Origin: Daphnia carinata
Taxonomy: Eukaryota
Assembly: GCF_022539665.2 (NCBI RefSeq)
Contig: NC_081333.1
Location: 5,828,001-5,892,000, forward strand
DNA length: 64,000 nucleotides
Reading direction: 5' to 3'
Shown here in pieces: positions 61,256 through 64,000 of the stretch; the stretch's first letter is position 1; every line of letters begins with the position of its first letter. Made by a program: the position numbers and the translations under genes. The notes under the pieces are model-generated. The model was not told the DNA's origin and ran no database searches. It was given only the letters and a program-made list of their open reading frames with translations.

Positions 61256-62935
61256 GGAATCGATTCGTGAGCCACAGGTCTTGGATCATCGGAAGGGCGA
61301 CAGCATACAGCCCAGATTAGTGTAAAAAGACCGCAGGCGTAACATATGCGTAAGAAGAGAAGCACTAAGAGACATAATATGCCGATGAAGAAATAATTTG
61401 TGATGGTTTCCCACAAGATGTATAAGTTCCGACACTAGCCGATGTCACTAAGACATTCGATGCACTGTATTTGTGGCGTAAGGCAAATTCAGGTGGAGGA
61501 TGTTCATTAATCGCGGCGGCTATGTCGGCCATAATGTTGATATGATTTAGCATATTGTCGGTATATGCCGGGTTGCTTCGATGTTCGTAGTCGAAGAATT
61601 CGACATTTTCATACCGAAAAGAATGCGCAAGCGTCTGTTCCGGTAACACAATGTTTGCTTCAATTGGTATCCAGGTGTCGTTACGGTAGGCATAAGGTTT
61701 GTCGTTAAAATTAACGAAACCATTAGTCCAGTAACAAGGGGAATATCTCACAAGTTCCCATCCGTCAAGATTAATAGTGTAATATTGAAATTTCGGTTGC
61801 GTTCCACAAGATGTCAGTATAGCCTCAAATGTAACATTTAAAGCCTTACATTGAATCAGCACAACCGTTTTTCCAAAGGCTTGTAATTTTGTGCACTGTG
61901 GTAAATTTAACTGCGAAGCTGCTAACCATCCGTTATATTGAGCAGTTGTAACAGCCCTTTCGTGTTTGGCCTTGCGAGCCTCACATTGCATTAGTCGAAT
62001 TTGTCTTGCCAATTCATTTTCATGATCGGTAAGTTGGTCTCGAATATATTGTATATTCGCGGGTACGCTTAGATTTTCGTCGTTAGATGGCGCTGGGGTC
62101 TCCAAAGTGGCTGTTAAATTTTCCATGATGGCCGCCGTCGAAACGGTGAGTTTTGATTGGCCGATGATCTCAAACGATGAAGCTCTATTGGTGCATTCGT
62201 TTTGTAGGGAGGCACAGCGTTTTATAGGCGTCAAATGAAAATCAAGTTGTTTGGCATCATCTTGGAGCCTGAAAATTATTTCGTCACCCGGTAGACGAAC
62301 CAGTGTACCCATTCCATCTTCCACTAGTCGGGCTTTCGGTTTAGTCTTCTGTGTATAGGTTTTATCCCAAATCAGTGTTAAGTGATTGTGTGATAAATTT
62401 CCAGTCGTGGCGGAAGCTGTTCCGATCGGAGTTCTAAAATCGGCGTCTTCGTGTTGCTGAAAAAGTTGCACTTTCTCCAGAACACAGTTTATAATTTCAG
62501 AATCAATTGTTTGTAACCAATATCCGAAAATGTCAGGTTCGCGATCAAATACAAATTCATCGTCTGAAAAAGTCATCCGATTTTCGTCACAACGTTTATG
62601 GTTAATCATTTCGTTCACTCGGCAGGTGAAGTGTCAATCGAAATTTTATCCGGCACTACCACTAGTTGACCGAAAAAGTTCATGGAGATGCGCCGAAAAT
62701 TCTTCCATCTTGCTCAAATATATCCGGGAAATTTAGCCGCGGCACGTTCTTCGCTATAAATCGCATATTTCACCTTCACGGCCTTATTATCGGGCGCAAT
62801 TGCTTGACAATTATCGTCGGAGAATTGGAGTATTCCCGTCTTTAATGGTTCGGAACAGTCGCATACGGTTGTTTGAAATGCCTGCGGGTGTAACCCGTAA
62901 AGGCATAGCAACAGTATGAATGGAATCAGCGACAT
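61256..62935 (-). pseudogene. Second env-like glycoprotein (signal peptide to TM), frameshifted
   Basis: Signal peptide MSLIPFILLLCLYGLHPQA, then VCDC, a 417-aa core containing DHENELARQIRLMQC, and TM FFIGILCLLVLLFLRICYACG in a shifted frame. Cut by satellite at 61255. Confidence 0.78.
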
Positions 62936-64000
62936 TTTCTATAGAGGGCAACATATAGTAAACATTACAGTCAATATCAAACAGTGGAAGGTATAGATAA
63001 AAGCATTACACAACATCATGTGGGTTTCTTAAACTAGGGGAGTAATATAAAAAGAAGAAGGTAAAATAAAAAGCGGAAGCGGAAAGTATATATGACGGCA
63101 ATCGGAAAAGGTCAACGCTCTCCCGTCGGCCTTTAAACAGTTGTCGATGGTCGCGAGCGAGTAAAAAATACGCATGTAAGGCATAGAAAAACGCGTTTTA
63201 TCGGGTGTAAAAGGGAATACGTTTATGTCATAACTGGTGTCATTAGGAAGAGGAAAAGACAATCTCAATGACGTCGAAGAAAATTTCCGAAAATAATGAA
63301 TCGTTTAAACAGGAGGATAAAAAGATGCAGGTTACAATTTAAAGACGGAAAGTCACATAGTGACCATGTTCATTTAGTTAAACCAAGGGCGTATACAGAT
63401 AGGGTAAAAGGCAAGTGAAACACGAGCAAGGTGAAAGAAAAGGGCGCGCTTGGTGGGCTTGAAGGGTGTATTATTCCTAACCTCAACGCGAGATGTAACA
63501 CAGGTGCTAATAGCTCAATGACAGAGTGCTCAGCTGCGATGCTGGAGGTCTGATGCTCGAATCTTCAGTAGAACTAGATTACTCATCCATCAATAAGGGT
63601 ACTAAACTACGCAAAATGTTACAATTCATTATCTATTATCAAAAATAAACGACGTGAAATTTAGGTTTTTATTTTCTAAGTCCAACACATGAGAAAGAGC
63701 AAGGGAAAGAAGTAAAAATGGCGCTAAAGGGGAACGAACATATGGGGAAGAAGGAAAGAGCGGCTTGTGCGAGACAAAGGACATTTGTCGCAGACACAAG
63801 AAGTTGGGGTAAAATAGGCGTAAATTTCTTTTCGAAAGATACGTAGGCTTATGGGGTATATGAACTATTGTTTTTTTGTATATATATATTCGAGGGACCC
63901 AAGAGAGGGAGAAAAAGGGAGAAAAAAGAATTCAACCAAGGAAGGGAGTATTCTAAGGGAACCGCAGCAAAAGAGAAAAAGGGGTAAAAGGGAATAAAAG

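Overview
Eukaryotic, AT-rich, almost entirely transposon-derived DNA. Short 60-80 nt GT-AG introns and a (TTAGG)n tract point to an arthropod, plausibly a Daphnia-like crustacean (inference). No intact host gene is recognisable. In order, the window holds: a decayed Ty3/Gypsy element with an env-like glycoprotein and an ankyrin-repeat ORF (1-8.3 kb); a 70-bp satellite interrupted by a Copia element with a clean TSD (8851-13843); a Mutator-like foldback MITE; a solo LTR; a young intact BEL/Pao element with an extra ORF (17511-25868); a KDZ/Zisupton-type transposase relic; a DIRS element; tandem repeats; two more Gypsy relics and one more Copia relic; a MULE transposase relic; a second solo LTR; more satellite; and a second env-like gene. 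The most striking observation is that the Copia gag-pol appears to be split by four spliceosomal GT-AG introns. Removing them restores conserved Copia motifs in frame, which is unexpected for an element that transposes through RNA. All calls were made by eye, no database searches were run, and boundaries of decayed elements are approximate.
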